A stretch of DNA of 64,000 bases from an uncultured delta proteobacterium (GTDB lineage Bacteria > Desulfobacterota > Desulfuromonadia > Geobacterales > Pseudopelobacteraceae), in NCBI GenBank assembly GCA_963772835.1, contig CAVYYZ010000024.1, positions 32,001 through 96,000 of the forward strand, written 5' to 3'. The notes beneath the pieces are model-generated. The model was given only the letters and a program-made list of their open reading frames with translations. It was not told where the DNA came from and did no database searches. Both the position numbers and the translations under genes were made by a program. Positions 1-9,056 of this stretch are shown piece by piece; the stretch's first letter is position 1, and each line of letters starts with the position of its first letter.

Positions 1-462
1 GATGCCCTGCATCACGAAATAACGTCATTGACCGGTCTCTACAATGAAGTCTGCGACCATGATGGCTGCCGGATGGGGCGGACTAAGAACCGGACAACTT
101 CATTCGTCTGCATGCCGCTGGCCCCGCTTGCTCTGCCGGCGGCCTCCCGGCCGTTTGCCCTGACGATCGGTCCGGTGCTGCATCATAACGGCTCGATGAC
201 TACCAGGTCGGAAAACAATCTGCTGGCGGCTGGTGAAGCGTACGTTGAGCTTTCCCGCGAAGATGCCGCCTCTCTCGGTATCACTGCCGGAACGGTACTG
301 ACGATCACGTCTGATACGGGGACTGTCTCGTTGAAAACGCGACTGTCAGATCAGCTCCCGCAGGGTACACTGTTCGTCCCGGCGCATTTCAGGGATGCAG
401 CGGTAACAAGTCTCACCGGCTCCGCGTCATTTCCGCAGTATGTTTCGCTTTCAAAAGCCTGA
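1..462 (+). CDS. C-terminal fragment of a molybdopterin-oxidoreductase-family protein (molybdopterin dinucleotide-binding domain; SfrA-like), 5'-truncated by window
   Basis: Frame open from base 1; LHHNGSMTTRS...YVELSREDAASLGI...GTLFVPAHF matches Molydop_binding domain pattern. Confidence 0.8.
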   Translation, partial: DALHHEITSLTGLYNEVCDHDGCRMGRTKNRTTSFVCMPLAPLALPAASRPFALTIGPVLHHNGSMTTRSENNLLAAGEAYVELSREDAASLGITAGTVLTITSDTGTVSLKTRLSDQLPQGTLFVPAHFRDAAVTSLTGSASFPQYVSLSKA

Positions 463-556
463 GAAGCATGTCCGGTATTCCGAATATGAACACACAAACG
501 CCGCTCCTGCGGCGTTTGCATTTTGCACACCCTGCCATGTCTCCTACTGCTACCCG

Positions 557-2242
557 ATGAGCCGCGACATCCGACAACGCCACAAAGTTTTGCTCCAGGC
601 GGAGACTCATCTTCACGCATACGGACGGGTGGGAGACCTTTCTGTGTGTCTCGTTTCTCCGAGCCGCTATCAGACCGGCATGAGCAGTCTGGGCTTTCAG
701 ACGGCCTATGCGCTGCTCGCCGGGTCAGCCGGCATCCGCTGTGAACGGGCTTTCCTTCCCGATCGTGAGGAGTTGGAAGAGTATCGCCGCAGCGGCACGC
801 CACTGCTCTCGCTTGAATCTTCAACCTCTCTGGCTGATTTCGATGTGATCGCCTTTTCTACCTCGTTCGAGCCGGACTACCTGAATATCCCCCTGATTCT
901 CACTCTGGCCCGTATTCCGCACTATTCAAACGAGCGAAGCCAATCAGACCCGCTTATCATCGCCGGCGGTGCCGCCTTCTTCATAAACCCCGAACCGGTT
1001 GCCGATTTCATCGATGCCATCTGTATCGGTGAAGGCGAGAACGTCATTCCCGGCATTGTCTCCACCCTGCTCTCTCCCATTGATAACGGCAGGCCCGGTC
1101 TGCTGCAGGCTCTGTCTGCAATTCCCGGCGTGTACGTTCCTGCCCGGTATCATCCCCGGTACCGTGACGACATTCTGGCCGGATACGATGTTGAAGCGGG
1201 AGCACCGCTGCCGGTCGTGCGCGTGCCGGTCTGTCTGGAACAGCATGAACCCTCATCCTCACAGATACTGACCGAACATACCGAGTTTGGGGAGATGTTT
1301 CTGGTAGAGGTAAGCCGTGGCTGTCCGCGTGGCTGCCGTTTCTGCAGTTCCGGATTTATCTATGGTGCCTTTCGTCAGCAGCCGTTCGAGAACATCGCTG
1401 CCCTGGTCGACCAGGGTCTCGCCTATCGCAGCAAAGTAGGACTGGTCGGTGCCGCTGTGTCGGATTATGCCGAAATCGGCCGGCTCTGCCGCTATATCGT
1501 CGAAAAGGGAGCCAAGGTATCGGTTTCATCATTGCGTATCGACCGGATTGATACTGACATGCTGGATGCCTTGATTGCCAGCGGTCACAAAACGATCTCG
1601 CTGGCTCCGGAGGGCGGGTCTCAACGGATGCGAGACACCATTCGAAAGAACCTGACCGAGGCGCAGATTCTTGAAGCCTGCGAAATGCTGATCCAGCGCG
1701 ACATACTCAACCTGAAGCTCTATTTCATCATCGGCCTGCCGGGTGAAGAAGATGCGGACCTTGATGAGCTGGTCCGGCTGGTCGGTACCATCAGAGAGCG
1801 GGTCATCGAGCGGGGGCGGGCCAACAAACGGCTGGGAGAAATCTCCGTATCGGTCAACCCCTTTATACCCAAGCCGTTTACCCCCTTTCAGTGGTGCGGA
1901 ATGGAGCCGCTCTCATCATTGGAGCGTAAGGTCAAACTCCTGGAGTCCAGCCTGCGTCGACTGTCAAATGTCAAGCTGAAGGTCGAAAGCCTGCGGGAAT
2001 CTTATCTGCAAGCACTTCTGTCGCGCGGAGATCGGCGCCTTTCGCCTCTGCTGATCGACATGGCCGGGGGAGCTAACCTTAAAAAGGCCGCGAAATCATG
2101 CGGCATAGATACGGCCCGGTATGTGGAACGTACGATCGCCGGAGATGAGCTTCTCCCGTGGAGCATAATCGGCACTGCGGAGAACGCTCTGTTGCGGCGC
2201 GAATATGAGCGGGCGCTAGCGGGGAAGGGTGAAGGACTTTGA
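557..2242 (+). CDS. Radical SAM protein (TIGR03960-like, N-terminal B12-binding-like region)
   Basis: SRGCPRGCRFC CxxxCxxC motif, APEGGSQRMR, KLYFIIGLPGE, PFIPKPFTPFQW; ATG 557 chosen over upstream in-frame extension. Confidence 0.85.
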   Translation: MSRDIRQRHKVLLQAETHLHAYGRVGDLSVCLVSPSRYQTGMSSLGFQTAYALLAGSAGIRCERAFLPDREELEEYRRSGTPLLSLESSTSLADFDVIAFSTSFEPDYLNIPLILTLARIPHYSNERSQSDPLIIAGGAAFFINPEPVADFIDAICIGEGENVIPGIVSTLLSPIDNGRPGLLQALSAIPGVYVPARYHPRYRDDILAGYDVEAGAPLPVVRVPVCLEQHEPSSSQILTEHTEFGEMFLVEVSRGCPRGCRFCSSGFIYGAFRQQPFENIAALVDQGLAYRSKVGLVGAAVSDYAEIGRLCRYIVEKGAKVSVSSLRIDRIDTDMLDALIASGHKTISLAPEGGSQRMRDTIRKNLTEAQILEACEMLIQRDILNLKLYFIIGLPGEEDADLDELVRLVGTIRERVIERGRANKRLGEISVSVNPFIPKPFTPFQWCGMEPLSSLERKVKLLESSLRRLSNVKLKVESLRESYLQALLSRGDRRLSPLLIDMAGGANLKKAAKSCGIDTARYVERTIAGDELLPWSIIGTAENALLRREYERALAGKGEGL

Positions 2243-2418
2243 AAACCTGCACGATGTGCAAAAAAGAGTATGACGAGAACGCAGCATTGTCCGGTTATGC
2301 CGAAGCGGGCGAATGGCTGGCCGGTGAGGTGTGGCAGGATGCCGGAGAGTTATGCCCGCTCTGTCTCGAGAACCGGGCGCGGCTGGTGATGATGTACGGG
2401 CATGAAATAAATTCATGA
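2239..2418 (+). CDS. Small 59-aa protein with two CxxC motifs (putative Zn/Fe ribbon), absent from ORF track
   Basis: TTG start overlaps radical SAM stop (TTGA), GAAGGA RBS; MKTCTMCKKEYDE...GELCPLCLENRARLVMMYGHEINS*. Confidence 0.7.
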   Translation: MKTCTMCKKEYDENAALSGYAEAGEWLAGEVWQDAGELCPLCLENRARLVMMYGHEINS

Positions 2419-2661
2419 GTACAACAGCTAATTTCAGCTCGTGATTATTCAACACATACACGTATTGATTATGTTGTATTCAATCTGCCCTGTTTCATCG
2501 TTCGAACGGCAAAAAAAGTCTGATATTATTGATTAAATTGCATTTTTTATGCTGTCTACCACTTCTCTAAAATGTCCCCGGAGATGTTTCTGCCCGGCGT
2601 GCCGTCTCTAACAACCATTCAATGTCTCTAAATTCTCGGCGATTCACCCTGCCATTTAACA

Positions 2662-4818
2662 CTAATTTTTACTTTCCAGCACTTCACGGACTTTGGTCGA
2701 TAACTGATGTAAGTTGAACGGTTTCTGGATAAAATATACACCATCGTCGAGTACGCCGTGGTGCCCGATGACATCGGCCGTGTATCCTGACATGAACAGG
2801 CACTTGAGTTGCGGGTAAATGTTCTGGATTTTTTTTGCAAGGTCCCGCCCGTTCATTTCGGGCATGATCACATCGGTGATAAGCAGGGGGATTTCACACG
2901 CGTGTTTCTGTACAAGGCTGATGGCCTCATGTGGCGAGTTGGTCGCGAGCACGGTATATCCAAGTTCTGTAAGAATTATCGTAAGTAAGTTCAGAATGGC
3001 CGGTTCGTCTTCCACCAACAGGATCGTCTCCTCCAGACCACGCAGGCCCGGTTCTGCAGCCTCTTCAGCCTGAACCTGTTCTGTGTCGCCACCATCTCTC
3101 GGTAGGTAGATGGTGAACCGGGATCCCGAACCCTGTGTGCTGATAACGTCGATGAAGCCATTGTTCTGCTTGACGGCGCCAAAAACCGTGGCCAGTCCAA
3201 GCCCGGTGCCTTCACCGATCCCTTTGGTCGTGAAGAAAGGCTCAAAAAGGTGAATCATAGTTTCTTTGTCTATGCCGCAGCCATCGTCGCTCACCGATAG
3301 TGTCACGTACGCTCCCGGTTTTGCCTCCGGGTGATGAGCATAATGATTCTCGTTAATGATTCTATTTTCAGTCTCAATCGTTATCATGCCGATGTCGGAA
3401 ATGGCATCTCTGGCGTTTACGCAGAGGTTGGCGAGAATCTGGTCGATCTGGGAGCGGTCCATTTTAACCGGCCAGAGATTTTCTGCCGGAAGCCATGCGA
3501 GCTGTATACCCTCACCGATAATTCGCTGCAGCATACTGAGCATGCCGGTCACAGTCTCATTCAGATCCAGTACTTTGGGAACAATGGTCTGCTTACGGGC
3601 AAAGGACAGTAACTGGCGAGTAAGGTCGGCGGACCTTTCCGCTGCATGTAAAATTTCCTCCAGATTGGCTTGGAGAGGGTGATCAGAATCAGTCTTCATA
3701 AGGGCCAGGTGTGCATGTCCGAGGATAACTCCCAGCATATTATTGAAGTCGTGCGCAATCCCGCCGGCCAGTTGACCGATTGAATCAAGTTTTTGAGCCT
3801 GGTGCAGCTGATCTTTCAGCAGTTCTCGGTCTTCTTCGGCTTTCCTGAATTCGGTAACATCCCGAATCGATTCGATCGCGCCAATGGCACTTCCGTCCTG
3901 ACCAAACAGCGGCGAGGCGGTAAACCAGTGGTGGCGCATACTGGCATCGCGATCCTGCTTGACGACCCTCTCCGCGATCAGCGAATCGCCACGTTTTTTA
4001 ACGGTATCATATAACTTGAGAACAGTTTCAAGATCGTCACCAATCATATCGATCAGAAACGGACGCTTTTCACCGTAAAAAGGTATTGAATACGCGTAAT
4101 CTCCTTTGCCGAGCATCTCTGCTTCAGAAATTCCGCTCAACTCTACCATCGCCTTGTTCCAGGCGATGACGCGATGTTCCTGATCAATGACGAAGGTCGC
4201 GTCCGGCAGGAAGTCTATGATTCCCTGCTGCAGCCTGGTCTGGGATGTCAGCTCCTGCTCCTTGACCTGCAGGCGGTTGAGCGCTGCCTGTACCGCTTCA
4301 ACCTGATTATTGATCAATGCACCCAACATTGCTATCAGTTCAATCGGTGATGCTGTGCTGGCTCTGGTCTCCAGGTCGCCGTTTGCCAGCTTCAATAACG
4401 TATCATAATGCTCACACAGCCCGATGGCGACCTCGTGGCTTTCATCGATCTGTTCCTTCATAAAATCGGCCATCCGGTTCAGTAGCGGCGCCAATTCCCG
4501 GAAGAAGCCGGCAACTTCCGGCACAACAATCCGCGCATCCGGGTCTCCGAGCGAGAGGCGCTCCAGCATTTTACGCACTTCTGCATACTCGCAATTCCGC
4601 GCGGCGGTTGACTCTGTCGTACATGCAGCCAGTTTGGAAAAAAGTGCACGGTCTGCATGGTGGTGAAACAGATCACAGTCAAAACAGAGAGGATAGAGCT
4701 GCAGAGGATCTTCGGGAGGGTCGCCGGCACAGCGTGCCAACGGAAGGTAAATTGTGATTTTTTCGGAGAGTTCACGTGTCAAAATGCAGCGGTTTCCGAG
4801 CAGATTCATATCTGTCAT
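2662..4818 (-). CDS. Hybrid sensor histidine kinase (Cys/His-rich N-terminus, HAMP-like, PAS, HisKA, HATPase, REC)
   Basis: GGIAHDFNNML H-box, FEPFFTTK, GTGLGL, C-terminal receiver ILLVEDE/LLITDVIMP; GGAG RBS before ATG 4818. Confidence 0.9.
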   Translation of the reverse strand: MTDMNLLGNRCILTRELSEKITIYLPLARCAGDPPEDPLQLYPLCFDCDLFHHHADRALFSKLAACTTESTAARNCEYAEVRKMLERLSLGDPDARIVVPEVAGFFRELAPLLNRMADFMKEQIDESHEVAIGLCEHYDTLLKLANGDLETRASTASPIELIAMLGALINNQVEAVQAALNRLQVKEQELTSQTRLQQGIIDFLPDATFVIDQEHRVIAWNKAMVELSGISEAEMLGKGDYAYSIPFYGEKRPFLIDMIGDDLETVLKLYDTVKKRGDSLIAERVVKQDRDASMRHHWFTASPLFGQDGSAIGAIESIRDVTEFRKAEEDRELLKDQLHQAQKLDSIGQLAGGIAHDFNNMLGVILGHAHLALMKTDSDHPLQANLEEILHAAERSADLTRQLLSFARKQTIVPKVLDLNETVTGMLSMLQRIIGEGIQLAWLPAENLWPVKMDRSQIDQILANLCVNARDAISDIGMITIETENRIINENHYAHHPEAKPGAYVTLSVSDDGCGIDKETMIHLFEPFFTTKGIGEGTGLGLATVFGAVKQNNGFIDVISTQGSGSRFTIYLPRDGGDTEQVQAEEAAEPGLRGLEETILLVEDEPAILNLLTIILTELGYTVLATNSPHEAISLVQKHACEIPLLITDVIMPEMNGRDLAKKIQNIYPQLKCLFMSGYTADVIGHHGVLDDGVYFIQKPFNLHQLSTKVREVLESKN

Positions 4819-4835
4819 ACACTCATCTCCCACTA

Positions 4836-5072
4836 CTAGAAACGGATCAGGGCGTGTTTGCGGTTATCGCTTTCGTCGCGCATAAGCAGCAGTGTCTTTT
4901 TTAAACGGGAGCACCAGACGGTAACATCATTTCTAAAAGTCGGGCAATCTCCGATTATCTCCAGAATTTCGCCAGATTTCATTTCCGGAGAAATTGCAGA
5001 GAGTTTCAATATCGGTTGCGGGCATTTAAGGCCGGTGGCATCGAGTATCCGCTGCGGTTGTGGAAGTGACAT
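4836..5072 (-). CDS. TusA/SirA-family sulfur carrier protein
   Basis: LDATGLKCPQP (CPxP motif), 78 aa. Confidence 0.88.
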   Translation of the reverse strand: MSLPQPQRILDATGLKCPQPILKLSAISPEMKSGEILEIIGDCPTFRNDVTVWCSRLKKTLLLMRDESDNRKHALIRF

Positions 5073-5461
5073 GGGCGATTCTCCGGTAAAATATAATTTA
5101 TCCCATTTCCTGATTTAACCGTCTGATTATATGATAGTAACATTCAGCTTAAAGGCTGGATTGTCGCCATACACTGAATCATAACGTCAAGAGGGCAAGA
5201 GGCGATCAATGCGATACAAAACCGCTTGTTACGATTGGTAAAGCACATGGAGGTAGTCGAGTGCATCGCTTGAATCAAAGCTCCATTTTTTAGAAATGGC
5301 GTTTGAATATTTGAATTGTACACGATTTCAGTGGAAAATCATCATTTTAATTAAAATGCCGATAATTTCATAACTGCCCCTCATCGTCTGATCGCACAAC
5401 AGTGGATCTAAACTTTTAAGGAGGTTCGTTAGTCAACTGCATGGTGATGACAATGCGGAAT

Positions 5462-5496
5462 AAAAAAGAGGCGAGCTCAATGCCCGCCTCTTTTTT
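5462..5496 (-). terminator. Intrinsic terminator (potentially bidirectional) after fprA
   Basis: AAAAAAGAGGCG...CGCCTCTTTTTT inverted repeat. Confidence 0.75.
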
Positions 5497-5523
5497 GTGC
5501 GCAATTTAATACCTGAATAAAAA

Positions 5524-6714
5524 CTATCTGGCAGCAACCGCGTCAGCCGCTGAACGTCCAAGCGCCTCGCACTGCTCGAGTACTTCCGGTTTTGGAGAAA
5601 AAATGGTACGTACCGTATCACCGACCAGCTTGAAGCCGAGGCTCTTGAGGCGGTCTTCCGCCATTTTGCACGCTTCTCCGCTCCAGCCGTAGCTGCCGAA
5701 TATTCCTGCCAGATTGGTCTTCAGCTTCACCGTGCTGAGATAGGCAAGAACTTCCCACATCGGTTTTGCGATATCACGGTTAAACGTCGGGATACCGAAC
5801 AGCAGGGCGTCGGCCTCTTCCATGAGATTGCGCAGTTCGCTGGCATTCAGACTGTTTATATGATAGCTGGCTACCTCAATACCGTCACGCGCTGCCCCAT
5901 GAGCAACGGCGTGCGCCATTTTTTCGGTACTGCCGTGAGGCGACAGAAACAGGAGAACAATTTTTTTGTTCTGCGAAGTCGGCTTGCTCCAGTTTTCAAA
6001 CTGCTGAATGACTTTCCACGGGTCACGCCGGATTATCGGTCCGTGGCTCGGACAGATCATGTCGATCACGTCGTGGCGAATTTTCTCGACGGCGGAGAGA
6101 ACCTTGTCTTTGAAGGGTCGGAAGATACAGTCAAAATAGAAATGGCGCGCAGAAGTAAAATCATCAACCTCGTCGTTGAAAATATGGCCGGTCTGCCAGT
6201 AGTGGGCCGCAAAGGCATCGCAGGAAAAGAGGATATTATCCTCCTCCAGGCGGGTGAACATGGTGTCGGGCCAGTGGAGAAACGGAGCGGTTATAAAACG
6301 GAGCGTCCGCCCACCCAGGTCGAGTGTGTCGCCGTCCTTGATGGTCTGGCAGGCGATCGGCTTCTGCATAATATTGCCGAGAAAATTTTTGGCGGCAGTC
6401 GTGCAATAGACCATTGCCTGCGGGGCCTGTTCCAGCAAAAACGCCAGAGACCCTGAATGGTCGTGCTCCGTATGATTGACGATTATATAGTCGATGGTTT
6501 TGGGGTCTACCAGCGACCTGACCTTATCCATGTATTCATCCACAAATTTTTCTTCAACCGTGTCAATAAGGACCGTTTTTTCAGTCCCTTTGAGCAGATA
6601 GGCGTTATAGCTGGTGCCATGTTCTGTCGGGAAAAGATCGTCAAAGACCCTTAAATCAGGATCTTCCGATCCGATCCAGTGCAGTCCCGGCTTAATTTCT
6701 ATCGGTCCGAGCAT
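5524..6714 (-). CDS. fprA: Flavodiiron protein (FprA/A-type flavoprotein, O2/NO reductase)
   Basis: GTSYNAYL, NHTEHDHSGS, FLHWPDTM, PSHG di-iron motifs plus flavodoxin domain FGSYGWSGEA. Confidence 0.92.
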   Translation of the reverse strand: MLGPIEIKPGLHWIGSEDPDLRVFDDLFPTEHGTSYNAYLLKGTEKTVLIDTVEEKFVDEYMDKVRSLVDPKTIDYIIVNHTEHDHSGSLAFLLEQAPQAMVYCTTAAKNFLGNIMQKPIACQTIKDGDTLDLGGRTLRFITAPFLHWPDTMFTRLEEDNILFSCDAFAAHYWQTGHIFNDEVDDFTSARHFYFDCIFRPFKDKVLSAVEKIRHDVIDMICPSHGPIIRRDPWKVIQQFENWSKPTSQNKKIVLLFLSPHGSTEKMAHAVAHGAARDGIEVASYHINSLNASELRNLMEEADALLFGIPTFNRDIAKPMWEVLAYLSTVKLKTNLAGIFGSYGWSGEACKMAEDRLKSLGFKLVGDTVRTIFSPKPEVLEQCEALGRSAADAVAAR

Positions 6715-6895
6715 AATGATTTCATCTCCTTTTTGTGTGAAAAATCCGGTAGTCGCGATGCAGGGTGATTCCCTGCTCCTTTTTAAATTGTACTGAAACT
6801 TTTCGTCAATATATCAGCATAAATATCTCGTGCACAAGCGACAAATAATCTAATTTTAATTGTTTTGACAGCCTGTTTCTGGTACATATGCGGCT

Positions 6896-7477
6896 ATGAA
6901 AGAAAAAGTCCGTTCTCGTATAGCCGCCTTGCGGCCGTTACTGAAAGACACCACTCCTGAAGTCAGGATAGCAGCCGCCGGAGCAATTGAACGGCTGGAA
7001 GCGATCAGCACGGTCGATGAAATACTTGCAACGCTGAAGTCAGGTGACATGGGTGCCCGAATTGGCGCCATCTATGCTCTTGGCGAGATTGGCGGCGAGA
7101 AGGTGCTTCCACCGCTTGTCTATTGTGCCCGGCGGTCAGAAGTTGATATCCGATCTGCGTCCGCATCGGTACTGGGAAGTCTGGCCTTGCCGGCCTCTCT
7201 GCCGGTTCTTGTGGAGCTTCTCGATGATGAGAGTCCGACTGTTCAGAGCCGTGCGATAGCTGCGCTCCATGGTTTTCGGGTTACTCCCGACGTGCTCTCA
7301 AAACTGCGGACCTTTCTGGACGCGAGTGACGGCGTTCTGGAAGCAGAAGCGGCACGGACGCTGGCGGAACTCAAAGATGTTGCTTCATGCAGTAAAATCC
7401 ATCTGCTTCTGACGTCCCCACATGCCTCAACCCGACAGGCCGCCGCCACAGCACTCAGCATCATGCCCCTGCAGTAG
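6896..7477 (+). CDS. HEAT/PBS-lyase repeat protein
   Basis: Repeated LLxDxxPxVRxAAAxAL units. Confidence 0.85.
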   Translation: MKEKVRSRIAALRPLLKDTTPEVRIAAAGAIERLEAISTVDEILATLKSGDMGARIGAIYALGEIGGEKVLPPLVYCARRSEVDIRSASASVLGSLALPASLPVLVELLDDESPTVQSRAIAALHGFRVTPDVLSKLRTFLDASDGVLEAEAARTLAELKDVASCSKIHLLLTSPHASTRQAAATALSIMPLQ

Positions 7478-7664
7478 TATCCGGAAGTAACTAATAACTT
7501 TTTCGGCCTGCGGCCTTGTCCTCCGGGCAGCCTCGCTGTCCAGGTTGAAAGGTGAATCGTCCGCTCTGGTGGCGTCAAATCCCGAAATTATGCGCCGGTA
7601 CAAAAAAACTTCCGTCATGAATCGTAATAATTGAGTTTCTGATCCCTGTTTCCAGTATGGATGT

Positions 7665-9056
7665 TCAGTAATGCCTGCTCGCAAATAATTTCCCGATGTC
7701 TATGTTTTTTAACAACGGATCAACAACGGCAACTATCTGCGAGTAGCACGACCCGTCAGAGCTGTTCAGTGCCTGCTCGCGCGGTGCGCGTAACCGTGTG
7801 CCATCGCCGTCAAACAGAATACGGACCATCGGGGCGTTTTCATCCAACGGGTTTGGTCGATACACAATTGCAACTTCGTTGTTATCGAGCCGCACAAGCG
7901 TACCTACCGGGTAGTTACCCATCATTTCTATAAAACGCTCAACAATAGCTCCGTCCAGAATCGTATTGGTCATCTTCTGCATCTCGTGCAGTGCGGTTTT
8001 CGGATTCACCGGGTGCTGGTAGACGCGCAGTGTCGTAATGGCATCGTAGGTGTCGGCGATTGCAATTATATCAACCATCTGATTAAAGGGGAGCTTATTT
8101 GCCCATTCAGGATATCCGCTCCGGTTGTAATGCAGGTGATGCCCCAGTACAACCGAGGAAATATGCGGTGCCAGTCCTTCCATTTCGCGGATGATTTTGG
8201 AACCGAGTTCAGGATGCCGCTTCATTTCATCAAATTCGGCGCTGGAAAGTTTACCCGGCTTGTTAAGGATATCCTTTGAAATCATGGTCTTTCCGATGTC
8301 ATGAAGCTGCCCGGCAATTCCCAGATCCCTGACGGTCATGGAATCAAGACCGAGTGAGGTGCCCAATGCCATCGATAAAACGCCGACATTGACACAATGG
8401 TTAAAGGTGTAGTTGTCATAATCCTTGATCATTGTTAAACCCAGCAGCGCCCATGGTTCCTGCATGGTGATCGCAGCCATCTGGTCAACAACCTTTATCA
8501 TCGGGGCGCTGTTCGGAATGCGTCCCCGTTCTATGTCCCGGCAGATTGATTTTATGGCTGAGAGAGCCCTGTTGTACGTTTCAACATGACCATCCGAGTC
8601 GTCCTTTTCAGGTTCATCATCGGCTGTATCAAAACTTTCATCGCCAAGACGGACCAGTGTAACGCTTGTGATTCCCGCTTCCGTAGTCTGACGGGAAAGG
8701 GACTCAAAGCTGACACTCTTGGCGGAGAAGAGTCTGACGAACGATTCAAGTTCTTCAAAAGTGATGGATTTGGAGACAACAATTCTGTTTATCTCTTTCT
8801 CGGTCATCCGGTACGTCAGATCGGCGATTGCTGTTGAGGGTGCAGTGAAGAGATGGTCATCAAAGAACATGATATTATCTATCAGTCCCCATGAGATCTG
8901 TTCCTCCAGGCTGAGAGCCGTCGTCAAAATTTTATAGAGTTCCATGAGCGGCTGTCTGATTGCAGGGTGCGAAGCAGGGTAAAAAGCCATTCCTTTAACC
9001 GCACCGGAAAAAAGCGTGATCAGTCTGAGCGCATTCGTCTTGTCAAGTGATCCCAT
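7665..9056 (-). CDS. HD-GYP cyclic-dinucleotide phosphodiesterase with N-terminal YPxxHP domain
   Basis: YTFNH, LHDIGK, HPELG, HHLHYNRSGYP, ADTYDAITTLRVYQ motifs; C-terminal YPVGTLVRL extension. Confidence 0.92.
   Translation of the reverse strand: MGSLDKTNALRLITLFSGAVKGMAFYPASHPAIRQPLMELYKILTTALSLEEQISWGLIDNIMFFDDHLFTAPSTAIADLTYRMTEKEINRIVVSKSITFEELESFVRLFSAKSVSFESLSRQTTEAGITSVTLVRLGDESFDTADDEPEKDDSDGHVETYNRALSAIKSICRDIERGRIPNSAPMIKVVDQMAAITMQEPWALLGLTMIKDYDNYTFNHCVNVGVLSMALGTSLGLDSMTVRDLGIAGQLHDIGKTMISKDILNKPGKLSSAEFDEMKRHPELGSKIIREMEGLAPHISSVVLGHHLHYNRSGYPEWANKLPFNQMVDIIAIADTYDAITTLRVYQHPVNPKTALHEMQKMTNTILDGAIVERFIEMMGNYPVGTLVRLDNNEVAIVYRPNPLDENAPMVRILFDGDGTRLRAPREQALNSSDGSCYSQIVAVVDPLLKNIDIGKLFASRHY

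Noticed and set aside
5073..5460. Small ORF or sRNA in AT-rich spacer containing AAGGAGG
   Set aside because: No suitably spaced start or convincing ORF; likely promoter region of the tusA-kinase operon
7478..7650. GC-rich structured-looking spacer between convergent HEAT and HD-GYP genes, ends faintly like the 42126 element
   Set aside because: Inverted ends too degenerate and no recognisable RNA family; cannot support a call
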